64,000 nucleotides of DNA from a virus. Lineage: Duplodnaviria; Caudoviricetes. Made by a program: the position numbers and the translations under genes. Positions 54,401 to 63,778 of the stretch are shown piece by piece; position 1 is the first letter of the stretch, and each line of letters opens with the position of its first letter. Below the pieces are notes generated by a model that had not been told where the DNA came from, did not search any database, and worked only from the letters and a program-made list of their open reading frames with translations. Location of the stretch: IMG/VR virus record IMGVR_UViG_3300016471_001002, positions 96,001 through 160,000 of that record; one strand, written 5' to 3'.

Positions 54401-56716
54401 AAGATAATTCCATCCGTTTCTTTGGTCTGCGGTGTGAACTAGATACTTACCTGTTCTGTGTTGGAATGGTGAAAATTCCATTCCATTAGATTGCAATGCG
54501 CTACCTGTTTGTGAGAGATTTGTAAATCCAGATCCGTTTGCGTTAAGCTGCGATTTGGTTCCAGATCCAGGAACTCCAGTTCCTGCAGAGCTAGTTGTTA
54601 AATCTATGCTGTGAATTAAAGATCCGTTGACATAAAGATTTAAAGTTCCTTGGTTTGCATTTCCAAATGCGTTTGCTACGTAGTTCGTTACACCGGTATT
54701 GTGTACGTATGATGAAACATCTTCGTTTAAATCTCCAGATACGTTCGTTGTTCCAGTATAGATTCCTTTTCTAATATTGTTTCCTGATGTAGAAGCAGAA
54801 TAAGATCCGTTAACATCAACTGCTGAAAATCCTGCAGTCGTATTGCTAGAAACGTATGCAGGAGACGAAGAAGATTGATCATTGCTAGATCCAAATGAAA
54901 GATATGCAGTCGTTCCAGCTGCTGCATCACAATCTAAATTATCTAAATCTGGAGCTGGGGAAGGTGCTAAAGACAGTAATAATTCGTTGAATCTATCAAT
55001 TGCAGTTCCTATCGGGGTAGACGGAGTGAAATCAGTAAAAATGCCGTCTGTGTACGTACCGTCTTCCGGATCTCCGATTGTTCCTGAAGATCCACCCCCA
55101 CCAGTATCTCCAGTTGAAGATATGATTATAGAACCATTTGATTGGGATGTTATTTGAATACCAGATCCGGCAACAAGATATGATGTTCCATCGGTCAGCT
55201 GAGTTAATGATCCAGAAAATCCTGAATTAGCCTCTATTACATTTCCTGATATATCAGCTGCTCTTAAATTAGAATATGAAGAAATAGGAATAGGGAGAGA
55301 TCCTGTAGCACTGTTCGTAGTCTTAGCAAATGCAAATTCTTCAGCAGAATCATCCCAAAACGCTGCGACATTTTCTCCTCCGGAAATTCCTCCAATCCAC
55401 CCTCTATCTCCCGATGTTTCCGCAATTGTTCCAGAAGAAAATCCTAATCCTATGATTGAATCTTTAATTTCTAGATTTGTCGTGTTAATTGTAGTTGTGA
55501 CGCCATCAACTATTAAATCGCCTGAAATTACTACATCGCCACCAATGATAACATCATTAGATACGCTTAACCCAGAACTGCCAGTAATCGATAAGTCATT
55601 AAACTGATTATTTGTGCCTTTTGAAAATATGCTATCTTGAACTTCTAAATTGCCTTGTACGGCTGCATCATTAGAGATTGTAATTTCGTAAAAAGATCCA
55701 GTTACTCCTGACAACGTGCTGGTCATCTTGTCATATGCAAGACCTTCACTTCCCCCGAAAGAACCTCCGTCATTAAATTGAACTTGAGTATTTGATCCTC
55801 CTGGAGAGGATACTGCTGTTGATGAAATGGTGACTGAACCATTAGACGCAGATGAAATTGTTATATTATCGCCCGCAACTAAATATGATGTTCCATCTGC
55901 AAGAGTTGTGAGAGAACCTGAAAATCCGAGGATCGATTTTAGAGTACCAGATGCTACAACATCTCCGCTAAATACTGATTTATATCCGTCGCCAGGGGAT
56001 CCTGAAACGAAAAAGAATGTGTCCGATCCTACGGTTATTGTCTCTGGATGAGGAGAGAAAACGATCGTTCCTGGTTCATTCTCAACTCTAATGTATGCAG
56101 ATGCTTGTCCTAAAGCCAAAGATCCGCTGATTCTGACGTCGCCTCCAAAAACAGCCTTAGATCCGTCTAGTATCGATCCGCTGACATAGAAGAAAACGTC
56201 TGTTCCTTTGTCACGAGGAGAATCAATTCCAGGTTCGCCTCCAGTAAAAGCTACAGCCCCTGTTGTAAATGCTGCGCCCGTCGTCGTTGAAACAAAGAAA
56301 TTATCTCCACCACCTCCTGCAGAAGAAATCTGAATAGCTCCATTAGAAGTCGTAAGAAGAGTAATGTTGCTTCCAGCTATGAGGTAGTCCGTTCCATCTG
56401 TTAATTTTGTTAATGAACCTGATATTTTGTTAGAAATTAAATTTTGTGCAGAAACTCCAGCTAACGTCGTACTACCTGTAGCGCTGAAATTGTTTATATT
56501 CAATGTTCCTGTAAACATTGAATTAATCTCATAAAGATCTAACGCTGGATTGTCTACCCAAGTACCTTCCGGATTTAACAATCTTCTTATCTGCGTTCTC
56601 AGGCTATTGAGATCATCCGTGAGGTCACGATTCGCTAATGTAAGATCGCGATTATCATCAACATCACTCCCAAATGAGGCAGTAATTTGATTTTGAAATA
56701 CCGAGGTTTTTCCCAT
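51491..56716 (-). CDS. Large tail fibre / virion structural protein with internal duplication
   Basis: 1741 aa; three SGSLTxLxDGTxYLxAG repeats; two tandem ~570-aa modules beginning PDLDNxD. Confidence 0.7.
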   Translation of the reverse strand: MGKTSVFQNQITASFGSDVDDNRDLTLANRDLTDDLNSLRTQIRRLLNPEGTWVDNPALDLYEINSMFTGTLNINNFSATGSTTLAGVSAQNLISNKISGSLTKLTDGTDYLIAGSNITLLTTSNGAIQISSAGGGGDNFFVSTTTGAAFTTGAVAFTGGEPGIDSPRDKGTDVFFYVSGSILDGSKAVFGGDVRISGSLALGQASAYIRVENEPGTIVFSPHPETITVGSDTFFFVSGSPGDGYKSVFSGDVVASGTLKSILGFSGSLTTLADGTSYLVAGDNITISSASNGSVTISSTAVSSPGGSNTQVQFNDGGSFGGSEGLAYDKMTSTLSGVTGSFYEITISNDAAVQGNLEVQDSIFSKGTNNQFNDLSITGSSGLSVSNDVIIGGDVVISGDLIVDGVTTTINTTNLEIKDSIIGLGFSSGTIAETSGDRGWIGGISGGENVAAFWDDSAEEFAFAKTTNSATGSLPIPISSYSNLRAADISGNVIEANSGFSGSLTQLTDGTSYLVAGSGIQITSQSNGSIIISSTGDTGGGGSSGTIGDPEDGTYTDGIFTDFTPSTPIGTAIDRFNELLLSLAPSPAPDLDNLDCDAAAGTTAYLSFGSSNDQSSSSPAYVSSNTTAGFSAVDVNGSYSASTSGNNIRKGIYTGTTNVSGDLNEDVSSYVHNTGVTNYVANAFGNANQGTLNLYVNGSLIHSIDLTTSSAGTGVPGSGTKSQLNANGSGFTNLSQTGSALQSNGMEFSPFQHRTGKYLVHTADQRNGWNYLQVIHNKGSSQVQTNYVEWVNDNNANALSASNSSLSFTGSGSIHLSGVEYFQSGTLTYKVKVDNAYKYVYDTTAISFTTSNSSAASSGLNFSFANQAKPTINTAAGENHSKSLHITSSAAINVDYLVSGSITAGVNVTHPLKSNLSNGGQATTSQILAYNYANTSTELVETFRRENYRIVSGSYDAQADVINASNVWNSQVFMTSSNGGHSDGLQFYNTTLVSPKNAVNGGNFSVFSGGPNENPNYSGITGTRTFYRWFKNTSGAQYDLSLAMNGSSTIVSNATAFNASRIKCFIKIPGKTGWMDVALPFVLDNVQEGAGAYVSNALLSFDSTLNATNYLNFGNVSVDNNEYVVLKILADASWTGNVSSITVDFGAGTGTLTPVPDLDNIDSDNTGTTARLSFGSSKSITGYTNSSTDAGFSAADLNAIYQVATSGANLRRAVFAGATTMEGDLNEDVTSPGQDYVANAFSDANSGSISLEVNGSVIHAVELTGSYNLVGVGSPGAGTGTSLNANGSGFIALSTWGPGLFDNGVPRYSEIQRTARYRVVPANQRTGWNYLRVYHTVNGVNRTTNYVEWVNDPDSNALSSAGNGLSIFGDDSFSYMSGVKFFNSPSGSIRTRISNIYKNVYSNSSTAISFASLTNATAAQIIQSGSGLSSTKTTNATTDSLQTLNTNLDSQNELLHVSGTINFTRTKSLPGNYTTAYSCGGAMVFLHPLKSTLTLSSQLTTNMLVWTPVNTSNANTDEYFTSETYRLTSGSYTAQSDITGGTKTWDSTISMDDQVGNPTYATGLLVYDTYLLAPKDGGVDGDFRNHIEGGSIESPAGNVNYSSLTNSTRNYFRGFLNNTVNDRPSVQVTLFGDATIVGKTGANAAVLGANKNVFVEVGIPGKTGLLDLGKPSAGSGNFNEGDGCLSGDLNSTVTVSGVTNTCTFNGATADGTISGAEYIVVKISASEDWTGYLDRISITWS

Positions 56717-56787
56717 CGAATTTAAATATACGGCTTATGAGTATATGGCAACAATGACTTTATAAACGTATTAAATAATACAAAAGA

Positions 56788-58335
56788 TCACTGATCTTCG
56801 AACCAGCCCACAGATACTGCCGCGGTGTCGATATCACTACTACCTGCCCTGACGGCCGCTACGGTTATAGTCTCTCCATTCCCCACGTAGAAGTTTTCAT
56901 CTTCGATCTTTAGAGTCACGGAAATATTCGCGCCGATGATGACTTCCTTTAAAAGCTGTGTGTTTGATCCTATCGAGACCGTCGTGGCAGCTGTATCTGT
57001 CGCGACCATAGAATGTGTTGAGTCTATGTGTTGGAAGTTGACCGGTCCTCCCAGCACCGCATTTTTATAGAGGATTATCTTTAAGATCTTACCGCTACTG
57101 GAATTACCAGTTTCGCAACCGAAAGAAGCATTGAATAGTTGTATTTCTCCGTAGTTGGATTGGTTGTTAAACACCCTGTTCACACGAAGGGTTACGACAG
57201 GAACTATCGTGCTGCTCACGCTAGACTTCGTAGCTCCTTTCGCGTACGCGACGCCGACGTTCCTTTGGACCAACCCTTCGTTGAATATCGCGGCCGAAGC
57301 GCCCTTTATTGTGACGTTAGAAGCCGAAGATCCGCTGTTGATGGCTTCCCATCTGGCGCTGGTCGCTGGGTCTCTTAGGACCAGAGTGTCTCTCACGTTC
57401 GTGTTTTGGATCTTGTGAACGTCGGTCAGGAATCCAGATTCTGGGTTTTCTATAGAGAACACTGCGTCTCCGAACCCGAGGTACTGGTAACCTACCCCAT
57501 AGACGTTACCTTTAGAGGTATTGAGCGTGGTTCTGGATGGTCCGTTTCCGTCCATCGTGTCTAGGTTCCATAGTGATTGTGTGGTGAACGTCTCGATGGG
57601 CAGCTCACCGACCTGAAGGGTCGAAGTCGTGGACACGATGGATACACCTCCCACCGTGATGCTAAAAGTTCCTCCAAATGGTCCTGGGATGTCGGATATG
57701 AAGTACACGGTACCGTCTATCGACTCTGCTTTCCACCCAGAACCTATATTCGAATAATCTTGTTGAGAGATGAGATATGATGTTTGATTGGCGTTTGTCC
57801 CGCCATTGATAGCGAAGGACGTTGACTCTCCGTTGAGGGTGACAACAACAGTGACGGCACCTTGAGCGGTGATGGAAAATGACCTGATTTCACGTTTGGA
57901 CCTGGACCTGTGTAGGATTCCAAAGTCTGTACCGTTCTTACAGAAGAAATAACCAGATTCTCTGTTTCCGATGCCGGCTAATTGTCTTGTGTCGGTTTGT
58001 CCTGGACCAAACATAGAAGTAAGTCTGCACATCACTCCTTGTCCGGCTCTGTACTTTATGTGTCGTGACAGCCTCACTGATGAAGAACCTGACACCGAAT
58101 TCCCTGAAGAACACGACATGATTCCCTCGGAGACGGAGACCGAAGCCCCGATTCCGTTTGAGGATGTGACCCACAGTAACTTGTGCGGGGCCGTTCCGCG
58201 GGCAAAAGTGGCTTGAGCGGCAGGAGTCATGTTAGAAACCAGCGTCGTTCCGAATGGACCTACGCCGTTCGCATTTGAACCATTGGAACCACCACCGCCT
58301 GCTGTTCTTTTACCTAAAGACGTAAATCCTGACAT
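56788..58335 (-). CDS. Probable virion structural protein (beta-rich)
   Basis: 515 aa, Ser/Gly/Thr-rich, upstream of tail-fibre genes in the same orientation. Confidence 0.55.
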   Translation of the reverse strand: MSGFTSLGKRTAGGGGSNGSNANGVGPFGTTLVSNMTPAAQATFARGTAPHKLLWVTSSNGIGASVSVSEGIMSCSSGNSVSGSSSVRLSRHIKYRAGQGVMCRLTSMFGPGQTDTRQLAGIGNRESGYFFCKNGTDFGILHRSRSKREIRSFSITAQGAVTVVVTLNGESTSFAINGGTNANQTSYLISQQDYSNIGSGWKAESIDGTVYFISDIPGPFGGTFSITVGGVSIVSTTSTLQVGELPIETFTTQSLWNLDTMDGNGPSRTTLNTSKGNVYGVGYQYLGFGDAVFSIENPESGFLTDVHKIQNTNVRDTLVLRDPATSARWEAINSGSSASNVTIKGASAAIFNEGLVQRNVGVAYAKGATKSSVSSTIVPVVTLRVNRVFNNQSNYGEIQLFNASFGCETGNSSSGKILKIILYKNAVLGGPVNFQHIDSTHSMVATDTAATTVSIGSNTQLLKEVIIGANISVTLKIEDENFYVGNGETITVAAVRAGSSDIDTAAVSVGWFEDQ

Positions 58336-58399
58336 TTAATCCTCGATATTTGATAAGTATTGTAGAACTTATTTACTTTTAAAAGTATATTTAATTACG

Positions 58400-58798
58400 A
58401 TGTCTATCAATTGGCCTGCAAACGGAGAATACGCATCACCTGCGTATCAGATATCCGCATTACCTTACCTATCTTCCTCGCTCATCTCGCAGGGCCAGGT
58501 TCACAAGTATGAATTTCCTTATGTCACGAAGTTCATCAACATCGTCAACAGAGGTTCAGTAGCGACGGACAAGATAACGTTGGCCTTCACGGAAAGAGGT
58601 TTGCAGTCTTCGGTTGGGAATTATATAACTCTTGATCAAGGAGACACGGTCCATGAAGAAATCAGAACCACTGTTCTTTTCATTTCGTGTTCGCAAGGTT
58701 CTTCTGTAGATTATCAAGTTTTTTGTGGTTTGACGAATATCCCGGCGAAAAATTTCTTGATCCTTACCGGATCTAACGGTCATCCTGGCGTAGGTTAG
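58400..58798 (+). CDS. Small conserved phage protein, probably virion-associated
   Basis: AYQISALPY pattern; ATATTTA 6 nt upstream. Confidence 0.5.
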   Translation: MSINWPANGEYASPAYQISALPYLSSSLISQGQVHKYEFPYVTKFINIVNRGSVATDKITLAFTERGLQSSVGNYITLDQGDTVHEEIRTTVLFISCSQGSSVDYQVFCGLTNIPAKNFLILTGSNGHPGVG

Positions 58799-58838
58799 TG
58801 AAAACCTCGCGTTTTTTGTTGTATGATACAATGATAGG

Positions 58839-59830
58839 GTGTCTTGCAAGAAACTAAAGAAGGGTCGACCAAAGAGATTTCGCAAAGGAAATCTTGTTAA
58901 GTTGTCGATTCCGAAGCTGTCGTTGTGTAGGGATATGACTTCAATTTCTATGTGGAATAAACATCCTGAGTTTGATCATGAAATCAACTCTTATACGTGG
59001 AAAGGATTCCCTAAGGTCATCGGCAACATGTTAAAAAACAAATTATATGTTGTGGTTTTTGTCCACAATTTCCCTCATCCTAGCAAAGATCAATATTGTT
59101 TTTTATTTGGAAACGGAGAAAAAGGGTGGGTCAACTCTCAAAACCTAGAGAAAATTTCATGAAACCCGGAGATCTTGTAGCTGGAAAACTTCCTAAAAAA
59201 AAGTTTGGATATAATGTAACTTCGCTCGTTGGCATGTTGATCGAGATTAAACAGATTTGGAACGTGAAAGTAAGACAAGGGAAATGGGACGAGCACGTAG
59301 AAGACCGTCGGTTGTGGTCCGTCCTGACCGTCCACGGGCTGGTCGAAGAGCTAGAGTCCAGGATGGAGATCATACGTGAATCCTAGGGTCGACAGAATGG
59401 AGGTGGGCGACCTGGTGGTCTGGAACGTGACACGGGGCTACAACTATTTTGACGATAGCTTGAGAAGAATCGGAATTCTTGTCAAAAAGATAGACGAGTT
59501 TGAGCATTGGATCTACGCCGATGTGGTGAATGAACAAGGTAAGTTCGATAGAGTAATGTTATACAAGAAGGATAATCCTCTATGAAGCCAGGAGATATGG
59601 TAATTCTTCGTGCCGACAGGGTCGCAGTACAGCTTCTCAGTGATTCAATTGAGAACAGCACGAACGTTAGATCTGTTACTTACGGAAAGATTGGAGATTC
59701 CACATCTTTTCGTAGAGGAGATACCGGTACTGTAGTAGAGGTTAACGCAGAAAATACCGCTCGAGTGAAGATTCTATATAAATCTTCGATGTGGTGGGGA
59801 AACGTTTCTGATCTATTAGTTATAAGTTAG
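58839..59830 (+). other. Four small SH3/KOW-like genes (58839..59162, 59159..59386, 59376..59585, 59582..59830)
   Basis: RKGNLVK, KPGDLVA, EVGDLVV, KPGDMVI starts; overlapping junctions. Confidence 0.6.
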
Positions 59831-59832
59831 AA

Positions 59833-59856
59833 CTGTGACATGAGCTGTGACATGAG
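59833..59856 (+). repeat. 12-bp tandem duplication CTGTGACATGAG x2 containing the start codon of the next gene
   Basis: Exact copies. Confidence 0.85.
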
Positions 59857-60079
59857 TTGGGATTATAGAGTTTTTAAAAAGAAAATTGGTAATGACTTTG
59901 TTTATGAAGTTCACGAAGTTTATTACAACCTAGACGGTAGCATCAGGTCGTGGACAGAAAATCCAATTAATCCTACCGGTGGAACCTCCGAAGAATTAAA
60001 AAAAGATTTTTATAGGCAGCTGGATGCCTTTGATAAGCCGATTTTAGATTACGATCAGCTACCTTTGAGGCGTTCGTGA
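59852..60079 (+). CDS. Conserved phage hypothetical protein
   Basis: MSWDYRV...HEVYY..DG....WTE.P pattern recalled from many phages. Confidence 0.65.
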   Translation: MSWDYRVFKKKIGNDFVYEVHEVYYNLDGSIRSWTENPINPTGGTSEELKKDFYRQLDAFDKPILDYDQLPLRRS

Positions 60080-60535
60080 AAAAAGGCGATTTAGTCAGGT
60101 TCGAATACCTCTCTCGACATTCATCTGGCGTTGGATGGGAATTCCACAGGGGTGTGGGGGTCATCGTAAAGCACGACTTGAAAGAAGATTCATACGCGAT
60201 CATGACGAAGAGCGGTAACATGATCGAGAGGCTCGACATTCAGCTAGAGTTGATTTCAGAAAACAGCGAAAATGTTGAGAAGAACGAAGGTTAAAATTGG
60301 GTCCATGGTCGTGTTAGCAAAGGGTTTACCTGATGATCCAATGTATCAAACGTCATTGTGGGAAACAGACCTTCATTTCCTTAGGGATCCTTTTACTTTA
60401 AAAATTTCTGGCGTCTGGATCGAACAGCGAGACATTTGTATCGTCATCGATAGAATCGGTACTGGGTTTGTTCTTTTAACTCCGCGAGGAGAAATTGGGT
60501 GGATCGGCAAAGAAAGAATGGAGATTGTTAGGTGA
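60076..60535 (+). other. Two small SH3/KOW-like genes (60076..60294, 60272..60535)
   Basis: KKGDLVR/GVGVIVK; KIGSMVV/LLTPRGEIGW/MEIVR. Confidence 0.6.
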
Positions 60536-60744
60536 ATAAAAAAGTTTATTTATCTCTTTTGCAAAAAAATAATAATGATGTAAAAATCCTTGGCGTCTAT
60601 TCAACGGAAGAAAAAGCTATAAATCGTTGTTTAAAAGAACCATGCTTTTCCCACCAAGGATGGAGGAAAGAATCCATAGAAAAGAATCACTGGCATAATG
60701 GATATGGTCTTTATACGAAGGTATTAGAATCAGCAATAGAATAG
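60532..60744 (+). CDS. Hypothetical protein
   Basis: ILGVYSTEEKA pattern; GTGA overlap. Confidence 0.55.
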   Translation: MNKKVYLSLLQKNNNDVKILGVYSTEEKAINRCLKEPCFSHQGWRKESIEKNHWHNGYGLYTKVLESAIE

Positions 60745-60813
60745 ATGTTATGAACAAGAAATAAAAATGATGTAAAATAAAAAGTATCCCTTTCGGGCAG
60801 AAAGAAAAATAAA

Positions 60814-61032
60814 ATGAGTGATGAAACAACGACAGTCGGTCCTGATCCAAGCACAATTCTTTGCAGAGTAGTTGATGTCAATTCTGCAATACAAAACGCT
60901 TTTACAAAATTCCTAGAATCTGAAAGCAAGACTCTTGAAGATCTTGCAACTTCTTTACGCGATGAGATGTCTCAAATCGAATTGTTCGTTCCAAACATGT
61001 CAGCTGCTGAGCAAACAGACCAGACCGGCTGA
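60814..61032 (+). CDS. Hypothetical protein
   Basis: 72-aa ORF followed by terminator. Confidence 0.5.
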   Translation: MSDETTTVGPDPSTILCRVVDVNSAIQNAFTKFLESESKTLEDLATSLRDEMSQIELFVPNMSAAEQTDQTG

Positions 61033-61053
61033 TCACAATGATCATTTGAAATT

Positions 61054-61081
61054 AAAAGGCTTCTTCATTGAAGCCTTTTTT
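61054..61081 (+). terminator. Intrinsic terminator
   Basis: AAAAGGCTTC/GAAGCCTTTT stem with T-run. Confidence 0.8.
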
Positions 61082-61114
61082 GTATAATTTAAAAGCAGGA
61101 AATAGGATATCAAT

Positions 61115-61614
61115 ATGCCAAAAGCTACTAGTAAAGAAAAAGAAAAAACAACGTTTTATCCTGAACAAGGAACAGCATTTTGCGACAAGAGTTCAACTCA
61201 AAAACTTTTGATTGTTGAATCTCAAGAAAATCTCGCTGTAATTAATGATTTAGAAGATGGTTTCGTTGCCGTTTATTCTTTAGAAAGCGGTCACGAAGAT
61301 TTTGCTAATTGGTTGCAATCTGTAAAAGATGGTAAAATCGAAGTCGTGTGGTGTCCAGTGATGAAAAGAGTTGAAAACAACAAGGATTATTTAAAGCACT
61401 GGAAGCTTTCATGAAACGCATCGGTGTTTCTGCAACAATACGTTTGGACGCTTATAAAATCATTGATGAGGTTATAGATCGAGCCATTCGATACGGATAT
61501 CGTCGTGCACATAAACATGTGAACAATCCCTCTGAAGAATCTTTGATAATGGAAATCCATAATTCAGTCATGAATGATTTAAATGACGTTTTAAAGTTCG
61601 ATGAAGAGTCTTGA
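61115..61614 (+). other. Two hypothetical genes (61115..61414, 61411..61614)
   Basis: SD-led, ATGA overlap. Confidence 0.55.
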
Positions 61615-61738
61615 AAAAGAATCTAACGGTTCGGTTTTTATAATCCTTCAATTATTGTTGATGTTTCTTCCAATTTCTGTCTTTTTTATCCCAGCACTTT
61701 TAACAATTTTCTTTAATGAAAAAAAAGAGAATGAAGAG

Positions 61739-61767
61739 TGTAAATAGAAAGATATTGAAGTTATATT
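61739..61767 (+). promoter_or_regulatory. Promoter TGTAAA-N17-TATATT upstream of the tRNA
   Basis: Same -35/-10 spacing as the motif family. Confidence 0.55.
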
Positions 61768-61781
61768 AACAATATAAACAC

Positions 61782-61856
61782 CCGCCTGTAGGGCCGGTTG
61801 CCCTAGGAGTTCTTATAAAGCTCCGTTGCCTGGTTCAACTCCAGGCAGGCGGACCA
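61782..61856 (+). tRNA. trnI: tRNA-Ile(UAU) with non-standard arms and encoded CCA
   Basis: Acceptor CCGCCTG/CAGGCGG + A + CCA; D stem GGGC/GCCC with 5-nt loop; anticodon loop CT-TAT-AA; T arm CCTGG-TTCAACT-CCAGG. Confidence 0.85.
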
Positions 61857-61874
61857 GACCAGCCAAGAGGAAAA

Positions 61875-62186
61875 ATGAATCTTCAATTAAATCCTAATCA
61901 ACTTCTTGCACTGTATGAATTAGTTGTTCATGCTACGTCTACTTCTTCTGACTCTAAAAAGAAATCTACTTTTATTGAATTAAAAGAGAAGCTTCATGAC
62001 ACCATATCAAACTCTTTAAACCAAGTGAATGATGAGAAAAATAAAGAAAAACTCTCTGCGTGGTTAGGAAAAGAAGAACAAAAAATTAATCAATTAAATG
62101 ATGAGCTTTCAAAGCTGCGTCAAACTAGAATTGACAGTTCAAAAGAACCAGACGATGGTCTTTATTTTCGTCCCGAAAAGAAGTAG
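61875..62186 (+). CDS. Hypothetical helical protein
   Basis: SD GAGG; 103 aa. Confidence 0.55.
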   Translation: MNLQLNPNQLLALYELVVHATSTSSDSKKKSTFIELKEKLHDTISNSLNQVNDEKNKEKLSAWLGKEEQKINQLNDELSKLRQTRIDSSKEPDDGLYFRPEKK

Positions 62187-62202
62187 ATGATAAATAATTT
62201 TA

Positions 62203-63510
62203 GTGCTAATTTCTATCTTTACTCCAACAAATAATACTTCTTGGTTACCAGAAGTCTGGTTATCATTATCAGATCAAGACGTCCATTTTGAATGGATTAT
62301 TGGGTTGAATGGCAGAGCGGATAGAAAAAACATTCCACAAGATGAAAGGATCAAAATCATTGAGACCGGCGCTTGGGATGGCGTTGGTGATGCTAAAAAG
62401 AAGCTTTGCGAAGCTTCCTCAGGTGAAATCCTTCTTGAATTAGATCATGATGATATCCTTGCAGAAGGCGCCTTAAAAGAGGTCCTCGAATCTTTTTCAG
62501 ACCCTCTTGTAGGGTTTGTCTATTCTGATTGTGCTGAATGGATAGAGTCCACGGGTCAACCTTTTACGTATTCCAAAGATTATGGATGGGAATCATATCC
62601 TTGTGAGATCCGCGGGAAAAAGCTACTAGCTACAAAATCATTTCAACCCTCTGCAAGATCTATTTGCCAGATTCTATACGCACCTAATCACTTGAGAGCT
62701 TGGAGAAAGTCCGTCTATCTCGAAGTCGGTGGTCATGATTCATCTCTAAAGGTAGCAGATGATTTTGATCTAATCGCTAGGACATACCTCATCACAAAAT
62801 TCAAACATATCCAGAAGCCACTCTATTGTTACAGACGTAGGTCTGATGGTGGAAACACATGGCTTCAAAATGTGAATGAAATCCAAAGGCTTTGTGGACA
62901 AGGAGCTGATTTATCTATTCCAGCAGAATCGCAACCGATGCTCCTGAGAGACAAGTACCTCCATAAGCTTGTTGAAAGAGAGTGCGACTTAAAAGAGTTG
63001 CCTAAAATTGACATCGGCGGAGGAATATTTGGCGCGCCTGGGTGGAAGACGCTTGATGTATCTGGACATCCTGATATTCAACACGACGTCTTTGGTTCTA
63101 AAAAGCTTCCATTCAAAGACAATTCCATTGGAGCTTTTCGAGCCTTTGATTTCTTGGAGCACGGACATGATGAAGATGCATTTTGGCTGATGGATGAAAT
63201 CTATCGCTGTTTAGTTCCAGGAGGGTGGTTCTTATCTTATACTCCTCATGCATTAGGAATAGGAGCTTCATGTGATCCATCTCACAAAGCAAGATGGGAT
63301 GAAAGAAGATTTCTATACTGGTGTCATTCAGGATTGAGACCATTCCTAGAATCAGCTTACCCTCTAGCAAAGGCAAAATTTCAAGCAGTCAGGCTTTATA
63401 AGGAACTGAGAAAAATGGGACCGCATCCATATTCTTATGATATTCCTTATCTAGTTGCAGACTTGTGCGCACTAAAAGGACAACGCCAACCCGGGGCCAA
63501 GTATATTTAG
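62203..63510 (+). CDS. GT2 glycosyltransferase fused to class I SAM-dependent methyltransferase
   Basis: ISIFTPT..., ILLELDHDD, DDFDL (GT2); IDIGGG, LPFKDNSI, DFLEH, EIYRCLVPGG (MTase). Confidence 0.82.
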   Translation: MLISIFTPTNNTSWLPEVWLSLSDQDVHFEWIIGLNGRADRKNIPQDERIKIIETGAWDGVGDAKKKLCEASSGEILLELDHDDILAEGALKEVLESFSDPLVGFVYSDCAEWIESTGQPFTYSKDYGWESYPCEIRGKKLLATKSFQPSARSICQILYAPNHLRAWRKSVYLEVGGHDSSLKVADDFDLIARTYLITKFKHIQKPLYCYRRRSDGGNTWLQNVNEIQRLCGQGADLSIPAESQPMLLRDKYLHKLVERECDLKELPKIDIGGGIFGAPGWKTLDVSGHPDIQHDVFGSKKLPFKDNSIGAFRAFDFLEHGHDEDAFWLMDEIYRCLVPGGWFLSYTPHALGIGASCDPSHKARWDERRFLYWCHSGLRPFLESAYPLAKAKFQAVRLYKELRKMGPHPYSYDIPYLVADLCALKGQRQPGAKYI

Positions 63511-63620
63511 CCATATGAGCATTAAAGGTTTAGTGACGTTCATCGTCCTTGCAACTCCATGGACGTTTGTGATACCAGGCATCTTGTATCTTTATAAGAC
63601 ATTAAAAAATAAAAAAAAAT

Positions 63621-63649
63621 AAAGCCGAGGTTTCCCCCGGCTTTTTTAT
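63621..63649. terminator. Bidirectional intrinsic terminator between convergent genes
   Basis: AAAGCCG.GG/CC.CGGCTTT stem flanked by A- and T-runs. Confidence 0.75.
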
Positions 63650-63778
63650 TTCAATTTATTCAAGAAGATTCTTGTTCAAGTAACTTCAATCTTTCTTTTT
63701 CTTCACGCTTACACTTTTAAAGTTAGTAACTAATAATGTAAGGTAAACTAACGTGATGCATCTAAGTAGTTGAAATCA

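Noticed and set aside
61782-61856. Pyrrolysine or ochre suppressor tRNA
   Set aside because: Despite the short D loop and 6-bp anticodon stem, the only paired register gives loop CU-UAU-AA; the CUA or UUA registers do not pair.
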